Below, one piece after another: positions 60,857 to 64,000 of a stretch of 64,000 nt of DNA; the first letter of the stretch is position 1, and the number at the start of each line of letters is the position of its first letter. Location of the stretch: the NCBI RefSeq assembly GCF_000315625.1, contig NW_005434628.1, positions 164,606 through 228,605 on the forward strand. Direction: 5' to 3'. The stretch comes from Guillardia theta CCMP2712 (lineage: Eukaryota; Protista; Cryptophyta). Under the pieces are notes generated by a model. The model did not search any database. It was given only the letters and a program-made list of their open reading frames with translations, and was not told the DNA's origin. Position numbers and translations under genes: made by a program.

Positions 60857-61719
60857 GGAGGAAGTGGCAGGGAAGCGGAGGAGGAGGAAGTGGCCCGTGG
60901 AGGAGGAGGGGGGGGGGGAGGAGGAGGAGGAGGAATCGAAAGAATGATGGAAGGGAGGGGAGGAATAGGAGGAGGACGAGAGGGAGGAGAAGAAGATATC
61001 CGAGTAGAGCATATGGAATTGGTTATGGAGAGTGTGAGGGAAGGCGAGAGGCAAGAGCGACGGGAAGAGGATAAGCAGGAGCAGGAATGAAAAGGAGAGA
61101 ACAAACACTGGGATAAGAGCAGAGGAGTTGAGAAGGACGAAGACGAAGAGGAAGGGGAGAGGAGAAGGAGGGGAAGGTGGAGGAGAGGAAAGAAAAGGGG
61201 GAAGCGAGGAGGAGGAGGAGGAGGAGGAGGAGGAGCGTGTAGTACTGAAAGGACAGCAGCAAGCGGGCAATACCCTTATCCGTCAGAGACGATACAACTC
61301 AAAAGCTACCAGCGGAGCTGGACAGCTCCTCCTTCTGATGTACGTTGAGAGGACAAAGAACGAGGAAGTGCGGGAGGGGGGGGGAGGAGCCCCAAGCATG
61401 AGTGGGCGACATGGAGGAGAGGGAGACGAGGAGCAGGGGCAGGAGGAGGAGGGGCAGGAGGAGGAGGGAGATGAGGAGGAAGAGGAGGAGGAGGAGGAGG
61501 AGGAGTTTTGACGTCAATTTGCAGGAGTTGAATATTGGATTCTCTACCAAGAAAGGAGAAGTGTGAAAGGGAGTGATTATGAAGGATGATTGCATGTCAG
61601 ATCACAAAGGACAAGATGTAAGATGCGTTTGAATGAGAACATCGGATTTCATGTGTGTGAATGAGAACACGAGATTTCACAGAATATTAAAGTTTATTGT
61701 TGTACGTTCTCATCTTCAG

Positions 61720-62707
61720 CTCCCTTTCGTCAAAGGTTCATGCTCTCCCGTTGAGTTGATCTGGTTGCGCTTGACCCTGCCATATCGTCAGCTGCTCTCC
61801 TCCCTCCCCTCCTCTCCTTGCTTGTCCTTGGCAGCTCCTCCGCTGCGAGCCGAGTCTTGGGGGTGGCGAGACGTTGGAGGCGATCGGAGACGGCGGGAGG
61901 ACTGCGAGGTGAGGAGTCGCTAGGAGAAGAAGGTCAGAAACAGGAGGAGCCAGTCATAGGAGGAGGAGGAGAGTTAGGAGGACGAGGAGGAGAAGAAAGA
62001 AGAGGAGAAGCAGCAGCAGTAGAAGAGGAGGAAGAGAAGAAGGTAAATCAGATCCTCGGAATGGGACGGTGGGTAGACAAGGAGGGCAGGAGGAGCAGAG
62101 GTCCAAGGAATTCATTCGATCACGTTGGTCGGGAGATTCGCCTGCTGGTCGACGACGCTTCTTGCTTCTGTTCGGAACGTTGTGAGGGGAGTTGGGAGAA
62201 GAGGGGGAGAGGGAGGGGGGGCAGCTGAGGATGGAAAAGGAAGTAGGGAGGACGAGGACAGAGCAAGTTTGATGGAGGATGGAAGGAGGAGAAGGAAATG
62301 GTAGCGCAGCAAGGCAATCTGCACCTTGGTGTTGGGAGAGATTGTAGGACGAGGTTTGTTCCCAATGTTCCACGGTGGTCTCTCCTGCTGCTCAACCCTA
62401 TCAACCATCTGCTTTCTCCCTCCTGCAAGCAGCTGTGGATCCTCCTCCTCCTCCCCCTCCTCCTGCTTCTCCCCCCCTTCCGCCCTCCTCCACCACCACC
62501 TCCTCCTCTTCCTCCTCTCTGCATACCTTGGTCTCTTTCCTCACCTGCGGCGGCTCCGATCGGGCCCTGAAGCCTCGTCAAGCTTGCTTCACCTCTCCCT
62601 CCCTCACCGAGCTCTTGTCGTCTTCTTCTCCGACGACCCCGGAGAGTCTCCTGCCCTGCTGAGCTGAGAGCCCAAGACACGTCAGAAGTCTCGCGAAACC
62701 CAACATG

Positions 62708-62738
<31 letters not shown>

Positions 62739-64000
62739 TTGCTTTCGGCCTGACTCTGACTCTGACCCCAACCTTCCCTGCTATCAATCCTCCTCCTCCT
62801 CCTCCTCCTCCTCCTCCTCCTCCTCCGCCACTACCACCACCACTACCACCACTACCACCACTACCACCACTACCACCACCACTTCCTCCTCGTCCTCGTG
62901 CACGTGCACGTCCTCGTCCTCGTCCTCGTCTCCTCCTCCTCCTCCTCGTCTCTCCTCCTCCTCCTCCTCGAACGTGCTGTCTCACCTTCTTGCTCGCAAG
63001 CTCTTCCTGCAGGTTCGCAATCGCCCTGCCACTTGAGGTCACATGTGGTCTCCTCAGGCTCTCTCGGTCGGGCAGACATTGTCAAGTCTTCGATCATCTT
63101 GGTGTTTCTCTTCATTTCCTCAGCTTGAACTTGCTGTGAGATGAGATGAGAACATGATGCAAGCACTTCTGATATCTCGCCTTCATCCCCTTGATCTCCA
63201 GCTCATATTTCTATGCACGTGTCAGCATCACCGTTTATCTCCTCCCTTCCCTCTCCTCCACCATCATCATTAACAACAACAACAACATGATCGACACAAA
63301 CAACAACAACAACAACAACACCCACAAACACCCACAACACCCACAACACCCACCACCACCACAACAATAATATGATCGACACAAACAACCACAACAAATA
63401 AAGCAATAACAATCAATGAAAATGACACAAACATGACATGCACAGCAGCGGCGGCAGCACCTCACCTGCTGCATCTTTTTCATACGATCTTTATAGCTCT
63501 TGACGCTTCCTGTCTCAACTGCCCCAGCGCTTTCGCTTGTTCGTCTTGCTGCTGTTTCAGCCTCTTCGCGAATTTTATTTGTCGTGCTGTCAAACACTGC
63601 ACTGCCGATGACCGTCTGCAGGACATGGAGATTGAGGAGCGGGAGGAGCGGAAGGAGCGGGGAAAATAGAGAGGTAGAGGAGGATGAGGATGTAGGAAGT
63701 AGTCAAAGGAGCAGGAGGAAAAAGAGGAGGAGGAAGGAGAAGTCAGCAAAAGCAGAACTTAGCAGGAGCAGAATACAGAAAACAAGTCAAATTTCATATC
63801 ACTGTCGTCATCGGACAGTCCACAAACCAGGAACAAGTCTCACTTCAGCCCTCTCCCTCACCTCGTCCCGTGCTTGCATCAAAGTAGCCAGCAAGTCGTC
63901 AACGTCCACTGCAAGCTTTCCTTCCTCCCACCTGCTACCTCGTCAGTCGCCCTGGCAGGTTTCGGATAGTTTCTAACGTGCTCATGTCTGCCAGTCGACG
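61720..64000 (-). CDS. 3' part of a hypothetical coiled-coil protein; 5' end beyond the right edge, 3' end uncertain
   Basis: Exons LAVDVDDLLATLMQARDE, VKSYKDRMKKMQQ|LEIKGMKARYQK|QVQAEEMKRNTKMIEDL are separated by GT-AG introns filled with microsatellites. Confidence 0.55.

Overview
Gene-dense eukaryotic nuclear DNA with many short (~45-60 nt) GT-AG introns, some expanded by purine/pyrimidine microsatellites. The intron style, bipartite plastid leader and EsV-1-7 repeat gene suggest a cryptophyte such as Guillardia theta (inference). Most ORF-track entries are exon fragments or low-complexity artefacts, so gene models were spliced by eye and boundaries are approximate. Recognisable genes: ABCD transporter (partial), intronless TNFR-repeat/Gly-rich protein, tandem-WWE + ABHD4/5-like hydrolase, MIC60, Crypton-derived tyrosine-recombinase-like gene, EsV-1-7 repeat protein, cytosolic MDH, GT47-like glycosyltransferase, plastid NTF2/DUF2358-like protein, PH protein, F-box/WD40, RanBP2-ZnF/dsRBD-like/PIN protein, RS-repeat protein, RING-IBR + MYCBP2-type E3, RhoGDI, WW/SEL1 protein and an ankyrin protein. 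Best leads: (1) two unrelated proteins whose signal-peptide leaders end in a ubiquitin-tail mimic (xLRGG) ahead of nucleus/cytosol-type domains; (2) a catalytically dead, spliced Crypton recombinase; (3) a WWE-fused CGI-58-like pseudo-hydrolase; (4) an intronless, possibly viral surface protein; (5) a tail-to-tail pair of small ORFs sharing an unrecognised motif; (6) two recurrent motif 'grammars' in intergenic DNA. No rRNA, tRNA or CRISPR array was seen.
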